A DNA stretch of 62,595 nucleotides, filler included, from Sphacelaria rigidula (GCA_964200075.2; 9 parts of 9 records of this genome joined end to end with filler, not necessarily neighbours in it); one strand, 5' to 3'; numbered from the whole stretch's first letter, positions 24,454-38,266 are shown. Notes: a model not told the origin generated them from the sequence alone. Program-made: numbers and translations.

Positions 24454-24934
24454 GTGAGATTTTCCGTTCCTCCGTTGCGACGGCGGTACTGCTCCTTGTG
24501 GTACTGCTTTGTCGATAACTCAGAATTACTCAAGAAAAAAACGGTGGGGATCGGGGCAAGAAGGCCCACGCGACCGCAGCGAGGGATAGCGTATATTGAC
24601 GAGGAAGAGCTGTGTGCGAAAAGAGTATCCTGTACAAGTGCTTGTTGTATAAGTATGCGTTTCTCAGAATTTGTATCTTGGTCTACATTTTACATCGAGT
24701 TTTTTGTTTCTGTCACTCTTATGTCTGTTATACCCCGGTGGTCATAGTTTTTATACAGTTGTAGCGTGGTCAATGGTCTTACGACTATGGCATGCATGCA
24801 TGATCATATCCCCCCCCCTTCCCCTCAAGTTTCTGTCGAAACTCCCAACTTTTTTTACAGCACACCTCTTCGGCCCTTCTCGCCCGCAACATTTGCTCGT
24901 TCTTCCACGCACGCGCTTGCCTATGTCATGACAG

Positions 24935-25010
24935 CAACAACGGCGATGTGGAGCTGCCCTTCGGTTCTCCTGAGTACGTTGGACTTGGTTTCTCCGTCTT
25001 TGCCATGCTG
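24935..25010 (+). CDS. NCS2 permease, exon 4
   Basis: NNGDVELPFGSPEYVGLGFSVFAML (cf. UapA-type LPWGSxEFIGLGF); phase 2 to 0. Confidence 0.9.
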
Positions 25011-25214
25011 GTGCGTCGCGTAAATAGGTGTTGCTCACGTGAATCACGCATTGATATAATGGTAAGGAAGAGATTGAGAAAAAAGAAAAAAAGAGGCTCA
25101 ATTCATGGCTCGTTGGGTATGTTGCACGTGGCGTGCATGAGGGGCGAGGCGAAGATACGTGTTGTTCCCTGTCCCTTTTTGGGCAGTTTCTGTGGGGTAT
25201 AAAGAAGGGAGAGA

Positions 25215-25460
25215 ACAGGGTTCGATTCCCGATGCGTTGGGTTTTTTCTTCGTAGTATCTGATTTGCACCGTAGAAAGCGTGAGAACGTGAGTAAACAAA
25301 GTAGTTGACTGAGGTTGTTTGACGGGAGTTGACGCGGTGCGTGAGTGCTGACTCAATCCGCGAGAACAAAATGCAAGGCGTGTACCGGGAGAGATTGATT
25401 GATTCCATGACACTACGGACTCGTCCCGAGGAATGGGAGGGGTTCAAAGTGCGACAAATA
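25215..25460 (+). mobile_element. tRNA-derived SINE family 2 copy (partial head)
   Basis: Box B GGTTCGATTCC, then a body matching 61285-61535. Confidence 0.75.
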
Positions 25461-25879
25461 ATGAAAAATATTAGCAATAAGTAAATTAGCAGCCTACTTA
25501 CTGGTGTGTGTTGACGCGGAAAACGTTTACATCGGTTGGGATCGAATCTTTTGCTTTTTTTATGTGTACACTGAGCACAGTGAGTGTTTCCGGTACAGAT
25601 CAAAATGTGCTGATTCAGTTTTGAATGAATAAATCACTCAGTACAAGCACGTTTTTCATACTGTAGCTCTGACTTGTTTATATAAATATAATATATCACG
25701 GGGGGAAAACTGTGCAGACAGGGTAGTCAGATTGCGCAGCAGTACCCTTCGACATGCTTCGCTGCGGTGGGTTTGTTCACTGACGTTTGGCCTACGATCG
25801 AGACAGGACCCGCTCGATCGCAGGCTGATCATTGTTGCCGCGATTACATTGTGAATCATGTTTGATATCCTCTTCCTGT

Positions 25880-26030
25880 CGGAGTTATGCCACGCTAGGG
25901 GTTGCACATTTGGGCGCAGATGATTCTCATTGAGGGGCTCCTCAAGTTAGAAGCTACACCCACAAGAGCATGGGTCAGGACATTCCCGTTCGAAAATTCA
26001 TTCGAGACATCCCTATCCCATGGGGATACT
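25880..26030. repeat. Dispersed repeat 'F'
   Basis: Reverse-complement homolog at ~36800-36935. Confidence 0.65.
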
Positions 26031-26943
26031 AATTGTGACCTGCTCTCACGTATTCCATGCGTCGTTTTCTGCGGTAAGATAAAGGGCCATCAATAACTGC
26101 TGTCTTGAAAAATGTTCGCGCACCCTTACCTGTGACCACGGGTCCGCGAGATTGGACTAATGTGCGGAAATAATAATACCAATAATTACCGTGGCACCAG
26201 TCCTCGTCTTCCCCTTCATGACGTGAAGGGTCCGCCGGTTGCCTCTATTTTCTCTCTCTTCAGACAATGCGGCAAAAACTAAAGAATGCTATACTCGAAT
26301 GATAGCATGCCTACCCATCAATGCGTACACGTGCACCGCAAAGGCTTGCACTCGAATGAAGAGGATGAAAACCAACTCTACCTGCCCCGCTGCTTCGTGC
26401 TGATCGTACCGCGGGACGGAGCCATCGCGTTTGGTACTCACAATCGCTCTACTACCACAACATGTTTCTCTCGATCACACATGTCGTATGACCATTCCAC
26501 GTGTGGTGACTTGGCCGAGGGCGAGTTTACGCCAAACGGGCGACAAAAATCCATGGCTGAATATTGATTGTTGTTGTCAACCCCTGACGCTAAACCTTAA
26601 TCTTGACCTTAATTCCAACCCCCAACAATCGGCAGACCGAGTACCCTCCGGCGGGGGGGTGCAAATACGTAGTGCCGTAGGAAAAGCGTATGTCGACTTG
26701 AGCTAGAGCGCGTGTGCGCACGCTAGGCGAGGCGTTGGGACGGAATGTAAGCCCCCCCTTGAGAAATCCGAATATGACCGTCTACACTGAAACCAAGTGC
26801 TTTCAAACCGTTGGATTCATGTCGCCGAGTTGGCGTAAAACTTTACTGACCAATCCCGCCGCTCTCTCTCGCACAACACACATCTCATATATTCGTCCAT
26901 ATTTTATTTTGTTTTTCTCAATATAATCGACCGCGTGACGCAG

Positions 26944-27079
26944 GTCATCCTCGAGATTTTCGGATCCCCGTTCATGCGCAGCGTGAACGTCGTCATCGCT
27001 CTCCTCTTCGGATACTTCATCGCGGCCGTGTCTAGCCACCAGGGCGAGAAATACGTGGTCAGCGACACGATCGATGCCG
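26944..27079 (+). CDS. NCS2 permease, exon 5
   Basis: VILEIFGSPFMRSVNVVIALLFGYFIAAVSSHQGEKYVVSDTIDA; G|GTAAGT donor. Confidence 0.9.
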
Positions 27080-27867
27080 GTAAGTCCGTGAATTGGTGCA
27101 ATGATTATGTCGCTACGAAGGTGGTCAGGATGATATATAGTGTAGATCAATTGGTTGTCTCATATTCACTGATCTCCGAGGGACGACTGTAGGTCACCGC
27201 GTGTGTACCCATGGTATCCCGTGTATCTGGGTTGTATGCAGTACCGAGTACCCCCCGCATACCAGGGGTATTGACTGCCGAGGATACTGAGTATTGCAGG
27301 GTGCCTGGGGTGTTGTTGACTGAGGGAAAAAACGAGTATTCCCTGGTGCAGTAGTACCTGAAGTTGTGAGCCATGCCCGTACTCTACCAACCATATTTCA
27401 TTGCTACTACTTCCACTCCTACTGAGGGTTAGTATGTACGGAAACACGGGAAAACGGGAAACCGAGATAACGCCCACCCAAAAACTCTCACACACGAATC
27501 TGTGGAGGGCTAAACGGACGTGGACAGTGATAACCGTGTTCCCCATCTCCGTCACTTGCGCAATCCAACGTGAAGCGTGAACTCCATGCTGATCATTCCA
27601 AATCTCGCCGATAACAACCGCACCCGGCAGCAAACAGTACCACAACAAAGAACGGTGCAACAAAGCCTGGCGCTCCTCCCCCTCCCCCCCCCCCGTCGAT
27701 TTCGAGTGGGGGACCTAGACCTGCCAGAAAGGAGGAAAAGATATAACAGTCGTCGTCTGGAGGAGGANNNNNNNNNNNNNNNNNNNNNNNNNNNNNNNNN
27801 NNNNNNNNNNNTTAATTAATTAANNNNNNNNNNNNNNNNNNNNNNNNNNNNNNNNNNNNNNNNNNNN

Positions 27868-27921
27868 AACTCAACCATCAGAAGGTTACGAGGTAACCGA
27901 CTGAGCCACCGGGGCGACCGG
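27868..27921 (-). mobile_element. SINE family 1 tRNA-like head (truncated by contig start)
   Basis: Nearly identical to 60848-60899. Confidence 0.8.
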
Positions 27922-28622
27922 TCTAAACCGGTAACCGACAATTTTGTCATGTCTGTAAGACTTTCCCACCGGTACCCGATATTTCTGTAAGTTATGTAAG
28001 GAATCCCATACCCTACAGAACATACCCGTACCCTACATAACACAGCCTTGAAATTTTGTGTACATGCTCTGCACGGACTGTGGGCGTGTCGCCTTTGAGT
28101 CGGGAATGGCTTTTGAGTGGTTTGAGCCAAGCACGGGCAGCTCCAACTTCCGCGTTCACGTACACCCACTTTGTGATCGAAAAAGGGGATGGTGCACCCA
28201 ATTTTGCCTATTGCATTATATTTTAACGCTGGCCAGCGCAAGATTGCGTGTACAACACCGAGATAAAATACCCTCGGGGACAAAAATGACATGACCTCAG
28301 GGCAAGTACCACCTGCTCATTTGCATACTGCCTGTACTTTGGCGTGCTAACCGTTTGCACCGCATTTTACATGTCCTTGCATTTTCCCTTGTACTTCGAA
28401 GTAGATATTTTACGAACTCCTTCTCCTACACGGGAGCTACGGCAACAAATCAAGTTGCTCTGTATTGCTAAGGTTCATCACGTCTTTAAACCCTCGAGGC
28501 TCTCTTCGATATCATGCGCCCGTTGACGCAAACGAAAAAACTGAGGCAAAGAACCTGTAAACGACCTCAAAAATTGCACTTTTTCGTGAGGTTAGTCTGA
28601 TACGCCCACGGCATTCATGTTT

Positions 28623-28870
28623 TCAACCATCTGAGAAAATAAATAGCGTGGAGGAATCAGAAACGAGCGAATTCGACTCGACCGCACGTTTTCGACACGA
28701 AAACAATTTGATGAGATACGGCCTCAGTCTTTGAACGTGTGCCGAACCAGCGTAATGGAAAATGACTTTCGAGCTTGCACAGTCATGTACATCTGCCGCG
28801 TTTAGGGTAGACATGATATCCATTTCAAGTTTTGTGCACTGTAGTTGATGGAATTGAGTCGGACTTCATT
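28623..28870 (-). pseudogene. Possible NCLDV-like gene remnant
   Basis: Intronless frame ...TKLEMDIMSTLNAADVHDCASSKVIFHYAGSAHVQRLRPYL. The MD...YAGxxH layout resembles hypothetical giant-virus proteins (recall only, unverified). Confidence 0.25.
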
Positions 28871-31800
28871 CAGGAAACAAATGTAGAGATCTTGAAGAGG
28901 TGTGAATCAGCGCTACTACTGTACCGTACTGTAGCACAGCTCCATCCACTTGTTTGATTCCGCCGCATTTTTTTTCAGGGTGGTGAAGAGCGTGACACTA
29001 TTATACTCCTGTACATCAGGCGAGACATTGCCCATTTTCCTTGTTGGTACGCGGTGCAACACAAGCGCAAATGCAACAAACTTTCCACATTGACGAGATA
29101 CGAATAGATACTCAGAAGTCATTCCCACACTCGACAGCCCCTTGCACTCAAATCGCGCTACGGTCTGTACACCACTACAAGTATGGGACAAGCCCCAACA
29201 CAGAGAGCGAGGAACTCAAGAGCACCCTGTTTTCCTCCTCTGGCAAATATGCGGTTTTCCCACCTTCGCTCTCATCTTTCTGTTGAAAACGAACAACTTT
29301 TCGCTTTCTCGCTCCCCTTTCTCCACTTCCATCCGCGCCCCCTCCCCCACCACCGCTTGCATGTCGGCTCCTTTTCGAGGACATGACCGCCTGCCTGCGA
29401 AATCGGCACACTCGCGGACAGATAGTGAAAAGCCAACGGGTATCCTCCCAGAGTCATACTCCACAACTTGTGGGTACCCAACTTTCGTGGGGGCGGGGAT
29501 GCCGGGGGGTACACGCTGATCCCGGGAGAGGCCGGATAATCAGACACGAAAGTAATACGTTTGGGGGGATTGCACTTATTCCGTGCAGTTGGCCGTGTTT
29601 CAATGTCTGTGTAACTTTCGGAAATATCTGGTTGTCTTACAGAAAGAAAGTTGACCTTTCTGCTGCATTTCGGGAGCGGTTGGATTGTTTTGGATTTTGT
29701 ACACAAACATTGGCAGTCTGCTCTGCTGCACTGCGCGACACTGTTGCACTGCGCGAGGGCTTCAGGCCTAGCACGGGCGGCGCACAATGTCCATGTGAGT
29801 TGAGGTTTGTGAAGAATACATTGCACCCGTCTATTTCGCTGAATCAGATGTCTTTACGGCTTTGTACAAAGTGTTGCATCTGTTGTTGCTCTGTACGAAA
29901 TAATGCTCCGTTGATGTCGGCAATTTGGTCCTTTTCGCCCATGTTTTACTCCATGTGTCGTGAGTTGGTTGCACTTCATACCGGTACTGGTACTCTACTG
30001 TACTTTTTGTAGCAATATCCTAAGCGGCATCGGCAGACGTGGAAGTAGCAACGCGAGGGCGCTTGAGTCCCACGCCGATGGTGTAGACACGTAGAGATAT
30101 ACGATGATGCAAAGCGTGACGTGCCTAGTGTCGTGGGTCATAGGAGGCTTACTTTGTTTGCCAACTTATCCCCCACTACGATTACACTGGAGCGCGAGAC
30201 GACGTTGAGTGCCGCAGAGCACATGTATGTGGTATCGTACTGCGACGTTACCATGCTCACGTGCGGCACTGAGCCGGTGAAGGTACCAACTGAACTACGT
30301 GGTACCCTGCGTCGGTGACCCACAGTGCACACTGTACCCGCTTTTTTGCGAACTGCAGCGCGTTCACTTTCAGTCGGGAGTTGACGTGACGCCGGGTGCT
30401 GTCGAAAACATGATGGAATATAGCACCCCCTCGTTTTCCAAGACTTTCGACCTTTTTGCAAGACTCCTACTCTGCCAAAATATCCCCCAATCAAAAGGTA
30501 TTCACGAAATAATTCCGACGATGTTCGAGTTACGATTGCAGTCGACCCCGCTTTAAGGTCATGCATGTTTAAAAAAAAAAACGTCCTTATCCCGGGGAAG
30601 TGTCATTACGATTCAGGGGACCATAACTCACCGTCCCCGGTGTTGATGGAGGCGTGCTATGGATCAAATCTTCGAGAGGGGCATCAGTGGGACAAGAGAA
30701 AATGCAGACAACTTCCTGGGCAAAACATGTTGATGTTGCTGAACATAATAAACGCTATAACGATGTTTGGTTGGTTTATTTCACCTTCGTGAATCTATGT
30801 GGCTGTTACAGAACTCTCATCGACTTCTGATCAGCCTAAACGAATATGACTCCTTTGGGTTAGTCTTATACTTTTGTGATGCAGTTCAGACGGGCGCTTG
30901 CCCCAGCGACGATGCGTAGTTCAATGCGGCAGGAATTCCCAACACAATATACAAACACGACGACTTCGTCCGTACATCGCCAAGAGTTGCCTGTGTCTCC
31001 CCCCCCTCCTTAGCTGTACGCTTGACCTGATTTTCATGAGTTAACGAATGTACAACTTCGAAAGAGGGTACAGTATCGTGCACGTAGGTCCTTCGCATGG
31101 CCATTTGCCAGGCGCAGATAGCTCTCTCGCAGATGTAAGGAATCTTTTCATTCGGTGCCCGCAGAAGAGCAGGTGCAGCAGCAGATCTCTCTCCGTGCCG
31201 GTGCTTTTTGTACATAGCAGATGCGGCACCCATGCAGCTAGTTTTATTTTTTTATTTTTTAGGGGGTTCAGCGGTTTGTACTCTGTATCTTCCCCTGTAT
31301 GTTTATAATCTACGGGGCACCTTGCTTTATAGTGTCTCTTTAGCGGGGAGTGTCCTTAATTTTGATGTCCTTAAAGCGGGGTCGAACATATGTGGAAATC
31401 GACACCAAACAATTTACGCAAAGGGCGTCCTTCGCAGCCATTTTGAGTAGCGGAGCCACCGCTGATATGGATGCCCCATTTTCAGTTGAACGAACGCACC
31501 TCAGGCTCTGGGAAGTCGAAAATTGTTCCGACATCTCGGTCTGAAATAAACCGCTAGCTGTACGAACTCAACACCGCTTCGAGGTTTCATGGTTGGATAC
31601 GCGGTCTATTGCACATTAACAATGTGCCCCACTGAGCAATGTTGAAGTTGTACTCGTTCATATTGAAGTTGTACTCCGTACTTCACCATGGTTCGTTGGT
31701 ATATGTCTCTACAGTGACGTGCGCGTTGGGGCCGGCGATGCTGATTACCGAGATCTTGTGTTGGATTGTGTGCTGAACAATGCATCTTTCAACTGTTTGT

Positions 31801-32107
31801 GTGGCATACAGAAACAGTTCTAAGCATACTCGATCACGTACGTCAGAACTAAAATCCGTCACCGTGGCGGAGTGCTTCGAATGCCCCCCCCCCCCCAAAT
31901 GTTGGAGGTGTCTATAAGGAGTAGGAAGGGTGTTCCGTCTCGAAAGGGATGCGCGGTTAATGGTCAAACGACCAAGGCAAGCAACAAATGAGTACGTCCC
32001 TCCCCCACCCCCCCCCTCTGCAACGTAATTATCTCTACTTTTCCATAAAAGGTATATTCGACTGAAGCGTGAAAACACGACGGTATTCATGCACTGTGAG
32101 CCCGCAG

Positions 32108-32193
32108 ACAACTTCGCATCAGTGAAGGCTAAGGCGGGGAAGTTGATGGGAATCGAGCCAGGACAAATCGGCCTCTTCGCAACTCGAGATAAG
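32108..32193 (+). CDS. Candidate exon of an unknown protein
   Basis: CCCGCAG acceptor, AAG|GTGTG donor: (D)NFASVKAKAGKLMGIEPGQIGLFATRDK. Confidence 0.4.
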
Positions 32194-33602
32194 GTGTGAA
32201 AAACATGGACGCCCAGGTGTATGTGCTGCGTCTCTCTGTGTGCGTTGATGTTGCTTGCGGAGGGAATACGGCACGAGAAGATGCTCGTCGCCGACATGCT
32301 GCACGACACATGGCTTTGCAGGGCGTGAACCCCAGTATCGGTGACAGTACGAGTTCGTACTGCTGCTGACAGGATGTGCACTGAAGACAAGCTAACGAGT
32401 GCGCCATATGTGCTTTGGATATCTGAAATACATGCTCATTTTCCGCATATTGCTGAAAAATTCCAATGTCCTTCGCGTTTCCGCTCCTCTGAATTCATTC
32501 TTGTGCTCCGTGATATCAGGCAAGAGAGCTGGTAGATTTAGCGACAATCGGTGACCAGGAGATTAGCAACGATCAAATATTGTACGTTGTGAAGAGACAA
32601 GGTGCGTTACACCTTCACGGTTGCTTACTCGGTCGGAGCCCCTTTTCTATTTCGGGAGGGAGGAGGGCTTCAAACTTGTGAATACCAAAGCGATTTTCAG
32701 AATTGTCGTAGCGGGCGCGACGGTGATGAAGAAAGGGTCGCACATACGTAACTTCGTGAAGTCTGAAGCCTCCATAGCCCATCGCCCATCGCCCACATGA
32801 AACGGGTATGGCACATCCATAGGAACCTCCGACCCTCAATAATCACTGGCTGTACCTTTTTATGCCAATGGATGCTGCATTATCAAGCACGAACCCGAAC
32901 CCAGGAAGCTGTTCGTAGTGGTAATTTTCAGCGCTGTTACCGTGTGAAGTGTTGGTGGATCTGTATATCACGGTGGAGTTTAATTTGTCGCACTGATCGT
33001 CTTCTTCACGGCGGAGGTTGATTTGCTGTCTGGACTATGTAGTGTGTAGGCGAGACATTGCCTGGATTCCGCTCTTGCAATTTTGTTGAAAAATGTCCGC
33101 TGCAACCATGATAAATCCGTGTTTGCCCTGAATCCCTAGGGCCTTTTTGTTGTTGTTGTCCCTTTTTGTCCCTTTTTGTCCCTTTTTGTCCCTTTTCTTC
33201 CTTTTTTTCCTTTTTTCCCCTTATTTTTCTTCTCTTTTTTTTCCATCGTTTTATTTTATTTTATTTTATTTTATTTGCTCTGTACTTTCCTCTTCTTTTC
33301 CTTTTTTCTTGTTTAGGTCGGCCATTTCTCTCTGTGCTTTGCTTGTGTTGACTTTTTTATTACTTTTTTTTTTTGTTACGACTTAGTCTGCTATGTCGTT
33401 CTGTTCGACCCTTTTTTTCTTTTTCTCTCTCTTCTTTTTCTTAGAGCGTACTTCAGTTTCGTTTTTCTTGGGGACGTCTATCATAAGACCAAGACTGAAC
33501 CCCTGGGGGGTCAGTTAAAGTGCAACACTCAATCAAAAATCAGAACAAACTGCATCATAACCGCAGGGGCTCCCCTGCTGCACTATCGTCTTTTGCCATC
33601 AG

Positions 33603-33672
33603 GTGATGGGTACGAAGAGGTGAATGTGGTCAACCCTGACGGAACAACAGTAGAGGGAGCGGTGGATGACAA
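33603..33672 (+). CDS. Candidate exon of the same unknown protein
   Basis: TCTTTTGCCATCAG acceptor, GTAAGC donor: (G)DGYEEVNVVNPDGTTVEGAVDD. Joins in phase only via a micro-exon at 32322-32340 (GVNPSI). Confidence 0.4.
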
Positions 33673-35404
33673 GTAAGCAGTGGCGAGACTTCGGAACCAA
33701 GATTACTCATGGCTTCCGGCGTGCGGGGTCGCGCAGATCGTATCCCTGAGCATGAGCACATTAGCCTGGCCTGCCTGTCGTGCTCTGTTTTCGCCCGTAC
33801 ACCAATTAAATGTAGTAGTTAATATACATGTACGGACCATTTCCTTGTTGCTGCTCAGTGTTTTCGATGCCGACAAGTGAGGTCTTTATATAGAGGGAAA
33901 GCTAAGGGTGAATTGACCCCTTAGCGAAGGGACGTATCGGTTAATGTATTTATTGGATTAGTTGCGCTTCTTTTGGCGACATCAACTAAAGCTACCACGC
34001 ACGGGAGTGGGGGCGATACCCCCTGGGGGTTACAGATGTGAGCCAGTAGGAAGTGGCTGCTCGTTCTTGTGTCCGTAGGTTGACATGGGACACGAGTAAG
34101 AGTGAGTATAGATTCGACTTCGTTGAGCTACCTCTCTATTTGGAGTCCGACGATATTCCGGTGGTGCAATAGATGAAAACCTGAGGTGACGGAGCATCCA
34201 TTCCAAGGAACGTTCTCGGACCCATGCGCGGGAAACAAGATTCGGACGCATGCGTGGGGGCCTGTTATGGACATGTATATATATCCCTGATAGTGAAGTA
34301 GAATTGATAATTTCGCTTCCCTGGCAATTCTTTGTTTCCGATATGATCGCGACGCTGACTGTACCGCGCCTGTGCGGACAGTGCTTCCGCGGAGCACACT
34401 GCACCATCCAGTGTAAGATAACAAGCAAATCGACCACGAGCTGTGCCAGCCAAGAGTAGGTGTCAATCTCGCTCAGGCGACGCACGGCGCGATATCACGA
34501 GTTGGACGCTGAAATTTTGACAGCAGCTTTTCACGACCGATATGCAGAAGATCACATGAGCAGCAAAGAAAAAATGAGAAAAAAAAAAAGTTATGGGCAT
34601 TTGAAATTTCAGCAAAAACAAGACAATGTCGTAAGTCCAGGAAAAAAAGGAAAGTCTGCAGCTGCTCACGTGAAGTATCGGTTTCTTGGGTGCAGAAGGT
34701 CTACCTGAAATTTCAGCTCAAGAGTCGTCGAATNNNNNNNNNNNNNNNNNNNNNNNNNNNNNNNNNNNNNNNNNNNNTTAATTAATTAANNNNNNNNNNN
34801 NNNNNNNNNNNNNNNNNNNNNNNNNNNNNNNNNCTTCGAAGGGTATCAGCGTTGCGGCGCGCATACATACAGAATAGTGCAGTACAGTGCAGTACGCCTC
34901 TCCGACTGAATACTCTCTTGCATGTCCTGGGCATTTCTCAGCGACCGAGATCAGCTGCCTATATACCGCTTCTCCATCCCCGCTCACTACATGCATGTTA
35001 ACTGCACACTGCAAGTCATCAGCCACGGGGCAGGCGAGTCCCGCATCAGATGCTGCAGCTGCAGGCAATGGCCAAGATTGGCTGGAGGCTGCTGCGGCAC
35101 CCCCTTGTTTTGGACCTGCCGTTCCCCCCCCCCCCCTGGATCCTTGTCGTGTACTGGTGCACGTGAACGCCACGTGCACGTGTACGTCACACCCAGTCTC
35201 TACATATGAGTGTGGTCAAGATGATTATGATGTTATGATGTTATTCTGTCACGATAGCTTATAATGTGTGAGGTGGCGCGGAGCGCGCGAACTTGCTGAA
35301 ATAGTATGTCCTATACTGTGTGCATTCAAACTCACTGGTTTTTATTGAAGCACAATCTTCTAGGATTTGAAAGTTCATCCCAAACTTGAAGTGTCACCGC
35401 CTCA

Positions 35405-35605
35405 TGTAACGTGTTTATGACGTTTCATGTTTTGAACGTTCGGGCAATTTAACGTTCACGTTACGTTACGTTACGCATGTCACGTTGAAAAAAGTAACGT
35501 TGCGTTCACGTTACGTTCATCACGTAATGTTTTTTCGTGTTCACGTTACGTTTCGGCCAAAACGTAACGTGCAACGTTATGGCACGTGTAACGTGTATAT
35601 CCCTG
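35405..35605. repeat. ACGT(T)-dense array ending in ATCCCTG; probable hAT-type element end
   Basis: Many ACGT cores in both orientations. CAGGGAT on the minus strand is a typical hAT TIR start. Confidence 0.55.
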
Positions 35606-36181
35606 GAAATCATGATGAGGAAAGAGAGAGAACAAGATGAAAAGTGCAAACAAACAAAAAATGAGGGAAAAATATGGAGAACGGACGGGAAACGGGGGAA
35701 GAAAACATTGACAAAGAAGGGGAAAAAAATGTCAGAGTAAGGTCTAGCGCCGGCTGGCTCCCCACAAAGACAAACAAGCAAAGACGATCGATTTCCGATT
35801 TGTCTGATATATGTGATATCTGTTTCGTTGTTGACATCATTTTTTCGCCCAACTATTCCCCTCGCGTTTTGCCTCCAAAATTTCCACCAACCTCCCCGTC
35901 CCCGCCCCCCCGTCCCCCATCCACCCACCCTTCTTTGCATCCATTTACAAAGTGCGACAATCAATCAGATCAATCAATGAGCTCAATCAATCATTAACGC
36001 CATAACCACGTACCCATAACTGCACGACTCCCGAATGGGTATGTTAACCAAGCTCACCACGACACTCACCAGAGTACCGTAGTGTGGTAATAATATCATC
36101 TCTTTTTGTTGTCCGCATATCTCTTTCCCTCTTTGATTTCGGGTGGCGTCCTGGACCGGGGGGGCGGGGGGCAATTCGCAG

Positions 36182-36394
36182 GGCTCTCCGCGCCTTCGCG
36201 AGCCGTCTAAAAATACTCTTCAGGTAGAGGCCATCATGGGTGCCAATAAAGCAGCGGCGTATGTCGTACTCATGTTCGCGCTCTCGGCTGCCCAAGAGCG
36301 ACATACTCAGGCCTCCCTGAGGGACTTGCCTCTGCCGTGGGTGCTGGCGACGTTGCATTTCGGCGGCGGATTGCTTTGGATATTTCCGGCGTGG
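36182..36394 (+). CDS. Divergent triose-phosphate/phosphate translocator (TPT/DMT) family protein, exon (start uncertain: 36182 or 36224)
   Basis: ...AAYVVLMFALSAAQERHTQASLRDLPLPWVLATLHFGGGLLWIFPAW, matching TPT TM1-TM2 (PLPWxLAxxxLxxG); TGG|GTACGT donor. Confidence 0.75.
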
Positions 36395-37803
36395 GTACGT
36401 TGTCGACAGCAGAGACAAACAAATGAACAGGCAGACATATGAGAGAAGCAAGAGAGGAAGAGGGAAGAGGAGGTGGGGGGTGGAGAGGAGAGGAGAGGAG
36501 AGGAGAAAAGGGACAGGAGAGGGAAAAAAAAACGAAAACTTTATGTTGAGTCCTGTGTTTTTGTTTTCGCACAACGTATTTCATTCAAAACAGTCCAGTC
36601 AGTTTTGAGTGGTTCTATAACTTAGATCCATTAATTAAATAATTGTTTGAGGATGGATGTTTTGTTTTTTTTCTTGAACAAGGGAAAGACAACATGGTAT
36701 CGGTGCACAAGATATTTTATGATGTCCAAAATTTTTGGGACCCTCCATCTTATCATCTTATCGAAAATAAGTTGCTTGGGAATTATGTGAGACAGGCATT
36801 CCAGTGGGCTAGGGATGTACCGAAATGGGTTTGAAAACGGGGAATGTCCGGACCCATATTCTTGCGTAGCTCCTAGCTTCAGGAGCCCCTGAATGAAAAA
36901 GATCTGGGCCGAAATATGCAGCCCCCACCGTAGCATGACTCCCTCCGTCACTAATGCATCACACATACGAGGGAAAACGACGACTTCTCGCGTGCGTCGT
37001 CGTGCCTCCTTCATCGAGAAAAGAAATAATGGTGAGGTGCGCGGATGGAGTGGATAATGGCCATTCCAGTGTGTACCCAGAGTTATCGACCGCCGCAAAA
37101 CACACTTGAGTATATGACGCAAGGGGATGAGCGGATACCTGTGTTATTGATCGGCAAACGGACAAATTGTTCTAGAGTACACACGCATAACCCCCTCTTA
37201 CGCCGCCGCACCCCCGTGTTCAAAATTAAAATGGTGTCAGCAAGGGCCGGTTCCGGCGGCGAAGTTGGCGACTTCGAATCCCGGCAGACGTGGTCTCTTT
37301 TGGCAGAAAAGTATGATTTCCACTGTCGAAAGAGGTAGACTACGGAAAATCAGAGAGATTCGATTGGAGTCAATCCGGTGCCGGGCGTGCTATTTGTGAT
37401 CCAATCCGCGAGATTCCCGTGTGTCAGGCAGGGGGTAGGTACCAGGGATGTGGGCGTGCTCATGACCTTGCGCGTCGTAGTCGTAAAACCGTTGACCTCG
37501 CATCCCTGCGAAGCCGGGACGGAGCACGCCGCGTTTTCGCCGGACCAGGGTTGTGGATACCAGGGGAGAGATGGGTCGATCCTCCTCGCGACTACCACCA
37601 GCTCGTCCCGAAGAGGGGAGGGTGGGGGAGTCGTATGCATGATGTGCGGGACGGAGCACGCCGGGTTCCTGCTTGATCAGGAGCGCAGTTACTAAGCGCG
37701 GAGCTTCGCCGTGATATGTTCGGCGAGTCGCATGAAGAAGAGCGGGGCAAAGAAAGTGTGACGAAGAAAAAAAGGAGAAAAAAACTGGGGGGTCGACTAT
37801 TTA

Positions 37804-38266
37804 GGCCGTCTTGTATGGTAACCCAATCCGTATGTGTACAAATATCAGGATTCCAGCCCGTGTGCATCCGATTTTCTCCCGTGGATTGATTTTTCGGACC
37901 CCAGTCCGTTGGGCAATGTTTTTCGCCTAGCTCCGAGGAAACCAGATCAATTCTCCGATTCTCTGGACGCTGACTTTTGGTTTGTCATCTTTCTGCTCAG
38001 ATCGGGACACTCTCGCATATCCCTCGAATCTGGGGCTCAAATCGGGGGAGATGCGGAAATGTTCCGATCTGAGCAGAAAGGTGATGGACCAAAAGTCAGC
38101 GTCCAGAGAATCGGAGAATTGATCTGGTTTCCTCGGAGCTACAGGCGGAAAACATTGCCCAACGGACTGGGGTCCGAAAAATCAATTCACGGGAGACAAT
38201 CGGATGTACACGGGCTGGAATCCTGATATTTGTACAAATACGGATTGGTTGCCATACAAGACGGTC
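37804..38266. mobile_element. Fully palindromic MITE, Tourist/PIF-Harbinger-like (TTA TSD)
   Basis: TTA|GGCCGTCTTGTATGG...CCATACAAGACGGTC|TTA; the ~220-bp arms pair almost to the centre (~38030). Confidence 0.9.

Noticed and set aside
29383-30012. 209-aa ORF and similar long ORFs (31683-32390, 24751-25413, 39675-40259, 60501-61094)
   Set aside because: No recognisable domains; most run through repeats, introns or antisense exons.
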